From Octopus sinensis (lineage: Eukaryota), in the NCBI RefSeq assembly GCF_006345805.1, contig NC_043016.1, positions 5,394,001-5,458,000 of the forward strand: a DNA stretch of 64,000 bases. Reading direction: 5' to 3'. Each line of letters starts with the position of its first letter. The stretch's first letter is position 1. The translations under genes were made by a program, and so were the position numbers. Positions 27,973 through 41,026 of the stretch are shown in pieces. The notes beneath the pieces are model-generated. The model made no database searches. It saw only the letters and a program-made list of their open reading frames with translations, and was not told where the DNA came from.

Positions 27973-27973
<1 letters not shown>
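24942..27973 (+). mobile_element. R4/Dong-like element D5 with an RT-core deletion
   Basis: N-terminal KWTREEYISILHAYF; long ORF 25638-27368; RLE region 27370-27800; 3'UTR followed by (TAA)n. Confidence 0.9.
25638..27368 (+). CDS. 576-aa open frame of D5: pre-RT region fused in frame to YMDD and the C-terminal zinc finger
   Basis: RIRRYENR|TGYGYKIDNRKISYLFYMDDLKLY; the RPI, KAFD and QGD motifs seen in D1 are absent; ends ...CRFC...RHDRLGQYLH*. Confidence 0.7.
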   Translation: MPNNINTETVKHEDKRNIPNKHDVNNEEEPNDYDNIKNKIIKELKTTELKMDHRPYLPRIKINEITTPIINSINLAVTEAKKIDITELNDLIYAAATAATKEAGYSPKPAQTGVPPPKQTLWINNIQNKILKIRKDLSILNEISKQSTLLSNKKKTKILRKYNITEKDLPEIKEKLKQDILAKAQRIRRYENRTGYGYKIDNRKISYLFYMDDLKLYGKDDEELEGLLHTVKGFSDDIGMKFGLEKCAKATFKKGKLVKSSSIELDVETVIKELEQEQSYKYLGINEGSGIQHASMKEKVSKECYRRVRALLKSELNAYNKVLAINSLAVPVVLYSFNVLNWNTREIMKIDRKIRKLLTCNKMHHPKADVDRLYLPRAQGDRGLIQLELTYKTTTIGLVKYLEATNDWMLKLVEKHERPKKLHSILKESKTFTADLLDTHQIYQVEGNAPTAAAKKIKSTAKTKAHEKLASRWEQKPLHGKYVARSKQADVDQKHTYQWLRSSGLKAESEGFILAAPDQSLLTRNYQANVIKNGADPKCRFCNDEIETIDCLISGCRVLAPAEYKARHDRLGQYLH

Positions 27974-28013
<40 letters not shown>

Positions 28014-28297
28014 CACAGCACATACCCAAGGCACACAGAGCTGCGCTCGGTAGTGAAGTGAAAGCACGCTATGCAAATAAAACTACTGAATAGTAATAAT
28101 AATGATAATAAATACGAAGGTTGCGGTCAATGAGCAGAGTAGACGTGATATCAATAGTAATCAGCACTCAACTACCAGCATGACTAAAAAAGATTGGTGC
28201 AAGTGTGAACACCTTCAAAAATCAGCATTGCTTGGAACTGCAAGATTTCTTCGCAGGATTCTTAAAGCATGACCAGTAAACAAGTGTCACCCTACAA

Positions 28298-28459
28298 TAT
28301 TTACATTATTTACATTTGACGGATATTTTGTCCTCATCTTGTTTGTTGTTAGCACAACGTTTCGGTTGATATATCCTCCAGCCTTCATCAGGCGTTTTGG
28401 GGAAATTTCGAACCTGGGTTCTCATTCCTAAGGTATTTTTCAATGTTATTATTATTATT
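28298..28459 (-). mobile_element. 3' body of a short hammerhead-containing repeat
   Basis: Contains the HHR at 28351-28396; a second copy of its tail lies at 29394-29437. Confidence 0.7.
28351..28396 (-). ncRNA. Minimal type I hammerhead ribozyme motif
   Basis: aacgc CUGAUGA a ggcug-gaggauauau-caacc GAAA C GUU gugcu; stem III reduced to the palindrome AACGUU. Confidence 0.65.
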
Positions 28460-28850
28460 ACCTCCGCCAAGGAAGGATGTTATGTTTTCATCGGCGTTGG
28501 TTTGTCCGTCTCTCCGTCTCTGTGCAAAATAACTGAAAAAGTTGTGAACGGTATTTAATGAAACTTGCAGAAAAAGTTGGTAATAACACAAGAAACAGAT
28601 GATGAAACCTTGGTAATGATCCGGGAATTTTTATGGATTCTTGAAGGATTTTTCATTTGTCATATTTATTTTACATAACGTATTACAATGTTACGTTCTT
28701 TGATTATCTCCCTTGAAAACACGTTCATCGTTTCCACGTAACCTATGGTGGCGTTGCTGTTTCCAAAGTTTATTTTCGTTTCTGTTAGAACTTTTACTTG
28801 CGTATCTATCTCAAAATTAACTGCTTGGCGGAGGTCTGCTGAGGATGTCA
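28457..28850 (+). mobile_element. Helentron-type non-autonomous element (HINE/DINE-1-like), copy 1
   Basis: Sub-terminal inverted repeats acctccgccaag (28460-28471) and cttggcggaggt (28824-28835); inserted in an (ATT)n tract. Confidence 0.6.
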
Positions 28851-29011
28851 TGACAAGCCTTGACTATTGGGATCGACTCCAAAATTTCAGGCTTTGATCC
28901 CGCAACCGCCGCTGTGAGACTAATTTGTTGTTGTCATTGATGTATTCTAACTGCTTCAGATGAATCCTATTTTTAAAGGGTTTTTTAAAATCATATGGCA
29001 GTGTTATTTTT

Positions 29012-29143
29012 TTTACCCCCACCAAGGAGGTTATGTTTTTGCCGACGTTGGTTTGGGAAATTGGGCGATTTTCAGCATGTGTGTATATGGGTGGAAATGA
29101 GCTGCTTGGCGGAGGTCTGCGCTCTCCGAGTGCTTTTCTAGTT
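29012..29143 (+). mobile_element. Helentron-type non-autonomous element, short copy 2
   Basis: acccccaccaag ... cttggcggaggt, 3' hairpin gcgctc-tcc-gagtgc, ending ttttctagtt. Confidence 0.6.
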
Positions 29144-29167
29144 ATTACTATTATTGTTGCTGTTGTT

Positions 29168-29252
29168 ATTCAGGTCACTGCTTGGAATCGAACTCGGAAT
29201 ATTGGAGTTAGTAGCTCCGCTCTTAACCACTACACCATATGCCTGTGGGCTA
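29168..29252 (-). mobile_element. tRNA-like head (Pol III A and B boxes) leading into a (TAA/CAA) tract
   Basis: A-box TGGTGTAGTGG (29227-29237), B-box GAGTTCGATTCC (29184-29195), arm ggag-ctactaa-ctcc; no acceptor stem. Confidence 0.7.
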
Positions 29253-29469
29253 CATCTGCACAGGAAAGTTAGATGGTTTAAAAGACGTGGTAGTTTTTGA
29301 TGGAGGTTTTCTATATGTCTCTATTGAAGTCTTATGTCGGCTCCATACTGATTAGATAATACAGTTCTATATTTAAAAGATGAGGAATTATGAACATTAT
29401 TTACATTTGACGGATATTTCTCCTCATCTTGTTTGTTCATACCATTGCAGTCATTTTGATATTTCTGCA

Positions 29470-29672
29470 GATAATTTCTTTATAGTGATCAGAATTTGTG
29501 TAGACATAAGCTCACTCACTCCATCAGATCGACATTACCTGTACAGGTGCAACGGTTACCACATGTCAGATATCGAAATGATATCTAACACAACACAACG
29601 CCTGGTCTGGGGATCGAACCCACGATCTTGCAATCGTGAGTGCAACACCGTAACCACTAAGGCATGCGCCTT
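29470..29672 (-). mobile_element. tRNA-derived SINE family D
   Basis: Head ggcgcatgccttagtggttacggtg...gtgggttcgatcccc followed by a non-tRNA body. Confidence 0.6.
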
Positions 29673-29815
29673 TACAATATATATACAGTAACCCAGATAG
29701 GCTGAGGTTCACTACAACTGTTTCAAACGTGATTTTATTGATGATCAAATCATACATCATATAACAAAACTGTTTTCTTCAAGTGAATTAAAATTAAGAT
29801 AAAATTTTACATTTA

Positions 29816-30216
29816 GCAGGCGTGACTGTGTGGTAAAAAGCTTGCTTCTCAAACACACGGTTCTGAGTTTAATCCCACTGTGTGGGACCTTGCATAAGTA
29901 TCTTCTGCTATAGTCTCGAGCTGCCCAAAGACTTCTGAGTGAATTTGGTTGACGAAAACTGAAAGACCGTCGTGCATATTTGTGTATGTGTGTGCGTATG
30001 TGTGTGTATCTTTGTGCCTGTGTTTGTCCCTCGCCACCACTTGACAACCTGTATTGGTGTTTTTACGTCCCCGTAACTTATCGGTTCGGCAAAAGACACC
30101 GATAGAATAAGTGCTAGGCTTGACAAAAATTAATCCTGAGGTCGATTTGTTTGACTAAAACCCTTCAAAGAGTGCCCCAGCATGGCAGAAGTCAAATCAT
30201 TAAAACCAGTAAAAGA
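29816..30216 (+). mobile_element. SINE A, decayed
   Basis: Homology to 31254-31650. Confidence 0.8.
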
Positions 30217-30311
30217 TTTGGAATTTTTCACACGAATAGTATTGGATGAATATTGATTCTCTCATCCCGGTACCTCGATTCCATTGTATCGTGAAAATAA
30301 ATATAATATAT

Positions 30312-30713
30312 ACTAACTTAAAAGCCGCACTCCGTGCGGACTTTTGGCCTGGCTTCTGCAGAGGGCTAATTGGGCCTGTGGCCCAAAACTAAAGAGAGCA
30401 ATATGAATAAAGCATTTATTCGTACCCTACCAATATGCTATTACCCTATCAATATAGTACTACTTGAAATTCATTTTAAATGGAAAAACTTTTTGAGTTC
30501 TTTTAAAATTTGAGTTTTCAACTGTTAGGATAATAAATCCTCATCTAGACCTTCTCCCAATGTTGGATTTCAAGAACCAAATAAAGGGCAGATTTTCAAT
30601 CCCGGGATCATCCTGATTCGTAAATGGTATAATATGTCTTATCTAAAGTAAATGTAGACCGAAATGCAGGGGTCCCAGATGGACAGACAGAATTTCGCGT
30701 TTATTATTATAGG
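30312..30713 (-). mobile_element. Non-autonomous Helitron-like element (~400 bp)
   Basis: 5' ctataataataaacgcgaaattctgtctgtc; 3' hairpin ccgcac-gga-gtgcgg (30325-30339) about 10 nt before a ttagt end. Confidence 0.55.
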
Positions 30714-30717
30714 TATT

Positions 30718-30754
<37 letters not shown>

Positions 30755-30959
30755 ATATATACATAGACTTTTTGTGGGTTTTTATACATTATTTTACTGC
30801 ATTTCTGGTTTAGTCATGCCAGTCCCTCCTCCTACTTTTTGTTTCCCTCTTTCTTTGTATCTCTCTCTTCCTCTCCTATTCGAGGGACAAAGAAATATTG
30901 ACAGAGAAAGGTGGGATAATGGAGAGAGAAAAGTGAGAGGGGGTAGGAGATTAACTGCT

Positions 30960-31427
30960 TCATATATATATATAAAACTGAGAATGTGTCTGTCTGTCTG
31001 TGTGTTTCCCTAAAACTTGAGAAGTACACAACCAATTTCATTCAAATTTTACACATGCCATACTTAGGGTTCGGGAAGTGTCATCGGCAAAAAAACTTTT
31101 TAACTTTTTGCCTAGGGCGAGCCCACAGCATCATCATATTTTCTCTACTACGATTCCCTAAAATTTGAGATCTACACAACCAGTTTTATTCAAATTTTAC
31201 ACATGCCTTACTTAGGGTCAATGTAGTTTCATGGGCAAAATAAATGTTCAATAATAGGCGCAGGAGTGGCTGTGTGGTAAGTAGCTTGCTAACCAACCAC
31301 ATGGTTCCGGGTTCAGTCCAACAGCGTGGCATCTTGGGCAAGTGTCTTCTGCTATAGCCTCGGGCCGACCAATGCCTTGTGAGTGGATTTAGTAGACGGA
31401 AACTGAAAGAAGCCTGTCGTATATATG

Positions 31428-31460
<33 letters not shown>

Positions 31461-31790
31461 ATGTTTGTATGTCTGTGTTTGTCCCCCTAGCATTTCTTGA
31501 CAACCGATGCTGGTGGGTTCGCAAAATGACAGATAGAATAAGTACTGGGCTTACAAAGAATAAGTCTCGGGGTCGATTTCGCTCGACTAAAGGCGGTGCT
31601 CCAGCATGGCCGCAGTCAAATGACTGAAACAAGTAAAAGAGTAAAAGAGTATATTGTTTAGGGCGAGCCCATAGCAATATCATATCTTCTCTACTATTTC
31701 AGTATTACGTGTTAAAAGTGAAACAAAAACATTTCTCTATTTTATGTCAGATACTTTCAATTTAACAATAAAAATTAGAGATTATAATAA
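30960..31790 (+). mobile_element. Helitron-like non-autonomous element with an internal ~150-bp tandem repeat, interrupted by SINE A
   Basis: 5' tcatatatatataaaactgagaatgtgtctgtctgtc; repeated ccctaaaa(c/t)ttgag..tacacaacc..ttcaaattttacacatgcc.tacttaggg and tagggcgagccca; 3' end not found. Confidence 0.45.
31254..31650 (+). mobile_element. SINE A, well preserved
   Basis: ggcgcaggagtggctgtgtggtaag...ggttcagtcc head, internal (TA)(TG)n, tail gaaacaagtaaaagagtaaaagag. Confidence 0.9.
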
Positions 31791-32049
31791 CAATTGAATT
31801 ATATGTAGTAAGTAATAATCAAAATCAAACTAAAGTATAATATAATCGTAACATAACGAAAGTAAAAATAGTAAATGGTATAAGATTGCATCAATGACTT
31901 GAACTTGAATAAGTGGTTTCACATGAATGGGAATAAATTAAAAATAAAATTAGCGTGCAGAAATGGAATAGTTCAGATGGAGGTGTGCATATACCGTTTA
32001 CCACGGCTTTTACATTAGATTATCTGCTAATTAGCTAGCATTAAGTATC

Positions 32050-32920
32050 TATATGAAGTTTGGCTGTATGTAATGTCTGTTTTCTCGAACAGCCGGTTCT
32101 ACTGAATACTGCTGTTGGTTTATTTCTTATACATAAAGGACTATAGCTTCAACTGCGCACTGCTTTTTGATTCGTCGTAAGGTTTGTTATTATTATTACT
32201 GTTTAACTATTGTTATCACGTTTGTTGGTTCCTCGTAAAGGAAACATTGTTGTGTTGCATTTGTTAAATAATTGTAAACTGTAATCCTCCCCCTTTGGCT
32301 GTTTAAAAATTGAATTGTGTCCCTATTTGGGGAAATTAACAATATTTTCACTGTTTACACGGAAGCATTTTTGTTAGAATGCCTTCGATAGAAGAAAGTC
32401 CAAAAATGAATTTCGCTGCAGCCGTCGGCGGGTGCGAACTCATTAAAATTAAAATGGAAGACATACAAACCTATTTTGGATTGATCACCGACAAAGACGG
32501 TGAATCTAGGATAACACCACCAAACGAAATATAAAATTAAATTAAAGAAAAGACTATTGTCTATAAAGTATACAATGTAGAGAAAAAAAAGATTTGAACA
32601 CCTGGAGAAAAGCACGATCGAAAAGTGTATTGGTGCGACTATGAAAGATATCAAGTATCTAACCAGAGGCGGTAAATTCGCCACAATAGAAGCAAGGTTC
32701 GAGTCAACGGAGTGTGCAAGGGAGTACTCGACTCGAACCTTGCAAAGTGGAAATATTTTATTTTTACCTTTATATCAGGGACGTAGGACGTCCCGGATAA
32801 AAATTTAAAATGTCACCCCAGAAGTAGAGGTAGGCTGGATTGTCGCCACACATCTATACAAGAGGGAGGATAAGATACAATTGATCGAAATTGCAAGAGA
32901 CGGGCCGACAATTCCAGTCT
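32050..32920 (+). mobile_element. 5'UTR and ORF1 N-half of a third Tx1-like family, 3'-truncated
   Basis: ATG ~32368: MPSIEESPKMNFAAAV...KYLTRGGKFATIEARF...LPLYQGRRTSRIKI*NVTPEV, homologous to T3/T4 ORF1 (KLGPQFNTVVV.F...RVSRI.IKNVPPEI). Confidence 0.7.
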
Positions 32921-34709
<1,789 letters not shown>

Positions 34710-34804
<95 letters not shown>

Positions 34805-34814
34805 GGATAGATAA

Positions 34815-34857
<43 letters not shown>

Positions 34858-34909
34858 GTAAGATGGATAGATAAATAGACAGACAGACAGAAAGACAGAT
34901 AGATAGATA
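34710..34909. repeat. (GATA/GACA)n between T2 and T3
   Basis: Direct reading. Confidence 0.95.
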
Positions 34910-37900
34910 ACTTTTTTATTGTAGCCACACAGGGCTAAATACAGAATAAAAATGGACGAAATACAATGTAGAAATTTTCTTTTCGAGGTGGGATGGGTGG
35001 GGCACAAAAAAAAGAAAAAAAGGTTGATCAATAGGGATCTGTGGGTTGTGCGGTGTATGAAAAAGCAATATATATATATATAAGGTTCACAGTTTAGGTG
35101 TAGCCTTGGAAAGAAAAACCTACAAAAAAGACCAAGGTCACCTCAGACAGTTCAAAAATGAACACATGAGTAAGTTGCCTTACTTCTCGTTGTCTCTTTT
35201 GGTTACAGATTTATGCTTAAAATAGGGTCGTCTTTCATACTGACCATTTTTGCCACTTTTACCCACTTTTTATTAACACATTCGTTCGACAAAGGCTTCC
35301 TCTCTATTCTCATCCTCCTTTTCAAGTGGTACTTGAAAAGGTTGACGAGAGACTGACCAGAGAGGAAGGTGTTTGTTTGCAGTCCTTTCAAACGCGTCAA
35401 CCACACACATTCTTTCGCCATAGCCATCAGCGTAACGAAAACCGTTTTCCCTTCCCGTTTAAAAGGAAGGTGGTGGAACAATATAGACGATAGACTCGGC
35501 GATCGGCGGGGCCCGACCTACACGTGACAACAGCTGTTCGACGAAGGTCCACAGCTCTGAAATATCTGGACACTGCACTGCGTGCAGAACGGTTTCGTCG
35601 CTCTGACCGCTCTCGGGCAGGTCGGTCTGGTGATGGTTTCCGAACCGTGTGTCTAGCTCTTCTCTCGAACAGGTAGTGCGTCTCGATAGCACGCCAAGCC
35701 AGGGATTTCTGGAAGTTATCCATAGGCCCGGCTCGAACGTCGTCCTGACTGGCGGGTTAGGAATTTCTCGTCAACGCCCAGGTTTGCCCCGAGTGTGCCG
35801 TCGGACCTCCCTCCACTAGTCCTCTATAGAACGCTTTAGTCGATTGTAAGTTGCACAATTTGACTTCCGGTCGGCAGAGCTGCTGTAGAGCTTGGCGACA
35901 CTCTCGGTGCCAATCACTCCCCCATTTCGGTCTCTTTCTGATCCACGTTTGCAGTTCTGTCAGTGAGACGAGCTGCGGGAAGTCGCGCCTCACAAACGGC
36001 GCCCCACACCTGTTCACCGTCGTCGATGAAGTTCAGAGATGTCGCAGTCTCAGCGCATTGCGGCCATCATCAACCACGGCATGCCCAGTCCTCCATTCAC
36101 GGATGTTGACAGCAAATGGACTTCCCCACCATCGGAACGCCACCTTCCACAGGAAGCGGAAGAGTATGCGTTCCAGTTTGGTGATGGTACGACGGTCAGG
36201 CGGTAATCGATGACGGATGCGATGTACGCGTTCGCCACCTCCGCCGGCCTTTTAGAGACAGCTTTCTCTCGGCCCATGTTTGGCTGAGAACGACCACTCT
36301 ACTCGTAATCTCGGTCCCAGTTCTTATCCATTTATGAGGTCCGGACTGAACCCACCCAGACCCCACGCGCAGTTTAACCGGTCCTCGTCCAGCGTCCCAC
36401 TCTGAGCCGCAGTCGGACGGCATGGGCTTGCTTCTCAGGTGCCGAGTAGCAAACCCCTGACTTTTCCGGGTTAATCTTTGCTCCCTCACCGCTTCATATT
36501 TCTTAGTGTCTCGCGCCTATCTTCTGGATGTGTTTTTGTCGCTCGACACTATGCGGTGACATCGTCCGTATATGCCGACACGATCGTCCCGCAACCCAGT
36601 TCCTGTGGGATGCCCCTCAGTGTCGCCCAGCTTCCGCAGTAACGGCTCTAGAGTCAATACATACAGAAGCGCCGACATGGACACCCCTGACGGACCGAAC
36701 GCGTGATGTCAAACGGTTTCGACAGGTGACCGTTCACCCGAATCACCGATCGGATGCCGCTATACAAGGCAGCGATCCAACCGCGGAAGACGGGGCCGAA
36801 GCCAGCAGCCCTGAGGACGGCCGCCAAGTACCGATGGTCGACTCTATCGAAGGCTTTAGACTGATCCAAATTGATCGGCGCCCCACCCATGCCAGGATCC
36901 TTAACTACCCTGTCCACAATGTAGCGCATCAGATGGAGGTTGTCATGTATGGTCCTGCCCGGCACGGCGCATTTTTGCGTCCTGTCGACCAGTTTACAAG
37001 CGCCAACCTCTCGGCTATTATTTTGGCCAAAATTTTCAAATCTGCATTGAGCAGAGTGATGGGCCTGAATTATCTATCTAAATTCTCCTTGTTTGGGTCT
37101 TTTTTCAGCAACGTCACTGACCTCGGCTCACGAACCGGGATTCTCCCGTTTTTTTTTTGCCAGTTGCTGTAGACTGATGCCAAGAGGTCGCCAACAAGTC
37201 TGGCATTTGACAATACAGCTCGTAGGGTAAACCATCCAATCCAGGCGACTTATCCCTCGCGAAGCCCACCATCGCATCCCGCACGTCAGCGGCTGTGATG
37301 GGACTTTCACAACACTCCGCTTCTCTTGCCGAGAGCCGCGGCAGGTCGGTCAGGTAGGCACTCAAATCCATCCCGCGTTCCGACCCACCACTCGCACCAA
37401 ACAGTCGAGCAAAGTGCTGTTGAAAGGCCTCATACATCCCTTCGGGTTCGAGTAAACTGCATCCCTGTTGATCTATTAGAGACCGAATGGTGGCTTTGTT
37501 GCCACGCTGCGCCTCCGCTACCCGGGCCTCTCGCGCAGCTTCGATCCCTTCGTTCCTTAAGGCACGCATTTTAGCTCTGACGACGCAACCCTTCGTGCTT
37601 GGCGTTGAGGTGTTCGTCGAGGGCCATCTCGCAGCCAGCACGTTGGTTGCGCTGCCAGTGGTAAATGCCTCTTCTAGTTTCTTAACCAAGTCTCCCTCTA
37701 CTCTATTTCGTTCTATCGCTAATTCCTTGCTAAACCTAATTGATTCCGATTTTATTGCCATTTTCAGGGCGAACCACCAGCGGTTGTTAACGACGGCTCC
37801 CGTCAGAGCCCTCTTAATTAACGCGCTAATCCGGTTCCTGTAAACCTGTCGCGCTAACAGCGACGTCTTCAGTTTCCAGTAACCGGGACCCTGTCTATGT

Positions 37901-40809
37901 GTCTTATCTAAGTCGAGCGAACACGTACAAATTTTGTGATCTGTGTAGCTGACTATTTTAATTGTGGACATCCTACACTATCCCTATCCGCTGTCCTGCA
38001 TAGAATTCTATCTAGATAAGATCTCGACGATCCGACGCGGTTTGTCCAAGTCCACGTTGGCACGTTCGGATGGTCGAGTCGGAAACTGTCAGACAAATGG
38101 AAACGTCTGAGTAAGTCTTTGAAGCACTTACACCGCCTTCTATTCCTATCCATTCCCACATAATCTAGATGCGTGTCCAAGTAGCGTTCCAATCCCCTAC
38201 TAACAGTAAAGGTCTAGACGTACAGGAAAACCTCTAGGACGTCTGAAAAAATCCGCCGGACCCGTTAAGGACGGTGCATAATACTCCATCAGACGGAATG
38301 CACACCCATTTCTGTCATCCCCGTCCAAGACACCAGCCAGCCTACACTCCGGTCTAGGAATATAGTTCTTACTTTTACATTTAGACTCTTTCGAAAAAGC
38401 ACCGCGGTACCTCCCACCACCCATGTTCGGCAGACAGGGAGAAAAATAAAGTCGAATTGATCGCCAAACATGGACGCGAGGGCCCCGCGCTTGCTGAGTC
38501 TGGTTTCACTGATAGCTACTATATTCAAGTTCAGTGACTTGATGTTGTTTAGAAGGTAACCTTGCTTCCAAGCAACGCCAAGCCACGCGCATTCACACAA
38601 CCTAATTTAAGCATAATTGACGTTTCAGAATTCGTGTTTCACACACTACATTGGAGAGACAAGAGGCAAGAGGGAAGGTCACTTACTCATTTCGAAGTTC
38701 AGTTTTTTTTTCTCTTCTTTCTTTTTTGTAGTGTCTTGAGGAGGTGTTTGTATAGTTTTTTTGGAGAGGTATCGTTGAAACCCGCCTACCGCATTTGGAA
38801 ATATTGTTTTCAGTGTATGGTGTTGTGTTTGTGTTATGTGTACAATTCTTATGTGTTTCGGTGGTGTCGTGCGCGGATGATTATTTGTCTTAAAGTCATC
38901 TTCACAGATGTTCGTGTTGGATGCAATGTAATCCATTAATTTTTTATTGTCTGTGTCTATTGCAGTTAGATGTGTGTGTGGTTTTGCGGGTTCATTGATT
39001 TTTTGATTGTCTAGGGAGATGCTGTCCGGAGTTAAATATCTTCCTGCTTTACTTACTTGTTTGGTGGGCTTTTTTGGATCTTTTCCTTTTACCCCTGTGG
39101 CTATTTGCCATCCCGTCGTTGGACGACGAGTCCGACGAATCATAAGGGGGTAAAGGCAAAGCATTTGCGTTAATATGTATGCTTGTAGAAATTGTTGATG
39201 TTTTGTGCGGTGTTTGTGGTTGTTGTGGTGTTAGGGGTAGAATTTGTCTTCTCGTCACTGTTTTCTGTCTTTTTAGTTGTCGTCCTCGGTGTATGTTGGT
39301 ATAGTATATCTTTGTTGTTCAGTATGTTGAATTGGTTGCGACGTCAACGGTGATTGTGTTGGTGCTGTTTCTTTTCTGGTGATGTTGTTGGGTTTGTTTG
39401 CTGGTTTGATGTTTTTTCTTGGCATTGTTCCATAATTGTGTGTGTTGGTGTTGGTGTTGGTGTTGGCAACAAGGGTTTTTTTATTTTTTTCTGATTTGTT
39501 TTCTTTTGTTTTTTTTCTGTGCCAGAGCGCACTTGGCAATTAATGTTCTGGGCAGCCACAATTGTAGCATCTAAGGCTTTTTGCCTTCTGCTACAACATA
39601 TAGGCTTTGCCATTTTCTAAATAGTCCTATCAGGTAGGTTCTCGATAGAGGACCCCTCAATCTGGATGGTCACTACTATTGTTTTACCACCCCAATTGTC
39701 GTTTTTTGTACACGTCGGTTTCTAATATGTTTTATCGTTTTTCAAATGGTACAGATCGCTCGCTCCTGTTATCCATTTGTTAGGTATCTCGGGGGGATAC
39801 ATTTTTAATGCTAATTCTACTCACTCTCTGGCCTTTGTAATATGGGACGGACCATGATGATTTCATCATTTTGCAAAGACTCCGTAGAGTGAGCTTTTGC
39901 ACTTCTGGTTAGGGAAGCGGACCACCACTGTATTAAACTGGGGACCCCAGTTTTATCTATTCTTTTTTTTCAATATGTTTTTTAAACACTTTTCTATGTC
40001 CTTCTTGTAATCTGTTCATTTAGTTTTTTGTTTTTTCTTATAATTTTATATATAATTGTCTTATTTCCTATTTGTTCCTTTATGTGTTGAGGTGTATGCT
40101 GCACTAAATCCTGCCCTTGGGTTGTAAAGAGTGCTCTCGTTTCTATTAACTCTTCATTCGTAAATTTTATTAATTCTCTTTTCTGACGCAAGGCCTCAGC
40201 GAAATTTACTGGTGCTGTTGATTCTTTTATATTAATATCTTCACTATTAGGTGATAAAATATTTATTTCATTTTTGTTGTTGTTCTTCTTGTTGCTGTTG
40301 TTTTTGTTAATAGTATTCGCGGGAGTTTCATTTTTATCATTTATGTTGGACGTGGTGGTGGTGGTGGTGGTTGAAATGGTGGTGGTGGTGGTAGCAGTAG
40401 TAGTCTTGTTGTGGTTGTTGTTAGTGCTGGTGGTGGTGACTGGGCTGTTACCGCAAGTGGTTGCAGCGTTCATTACCACGTCACTCAGGTTTGTTTTTGT
40501 CGAATCTGTGTGCGTGCATAAGTTCTTTTTTCTCCTAGCGTTTTAAGTCTAGGAAAATGCTGGTCCATAAAGGAACGCGACCAGCGTTCTACAATAACAT
40601 TTCTCGACATTTTTTAATGTCGAGAAGAAAAATACACAAATTTAATAGGGTTGAAACTGCCCCTAGGGGCGAATTCCACCCTTGGAAAAGCACTCAAACG
40701 AAAGTTGGGTGCCTTACACACTTTATTTACAAAAATGTACACAAAATATGGGCTATAAATAGTTAAAATAAACGATTACCTTCGGAGCCGAGGTGACAAC
40801 GCGTTCGTC
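34910..40809 (-). mobile_element. Full-length Tx1/L1-like LINE T3 (ORF1 + APE-RT ORF2), heavily frameshifted
   Basis: APE VAISETR, GGTAVLFRKSL, SYLDRI, TDHK; RT DKSPGLDGLPYELY, GRTIHDNLHLMRY, LDQSKAFDRVDH, VRQGCP, AYADDVT; C-terminal zinc finger; 5'UTR shared with T4. Confidence 0.92.
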
Positions 40810-40817
40810 GATAGATA

Positions 40818-40978
40818 ACTTTTTATTGTAGCCACACAGGGCTAACACAGAATAAAAATGGACGAAATACAATGTAGAATTTTTTTCTTTTCGAGGTGGG
40901 ATGGGTGGGGCACAAAAAAAAAACGTTTGATCAATAGGGATCGTGGGTTGTGTGGTGTATAAAAAGCAATATATATAT

Positions 40979-41026
<48 letters not shown>

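Noticed and set aside
29590-29672. tRNA-like sequences (also 11946-12020, 29168-29252 and SINE A heads) as tRNA genes
   Set aside because: A/B boxes are present, but there is no complete acceptor stem and they continue into repeat bodies, so they are SINE heads.
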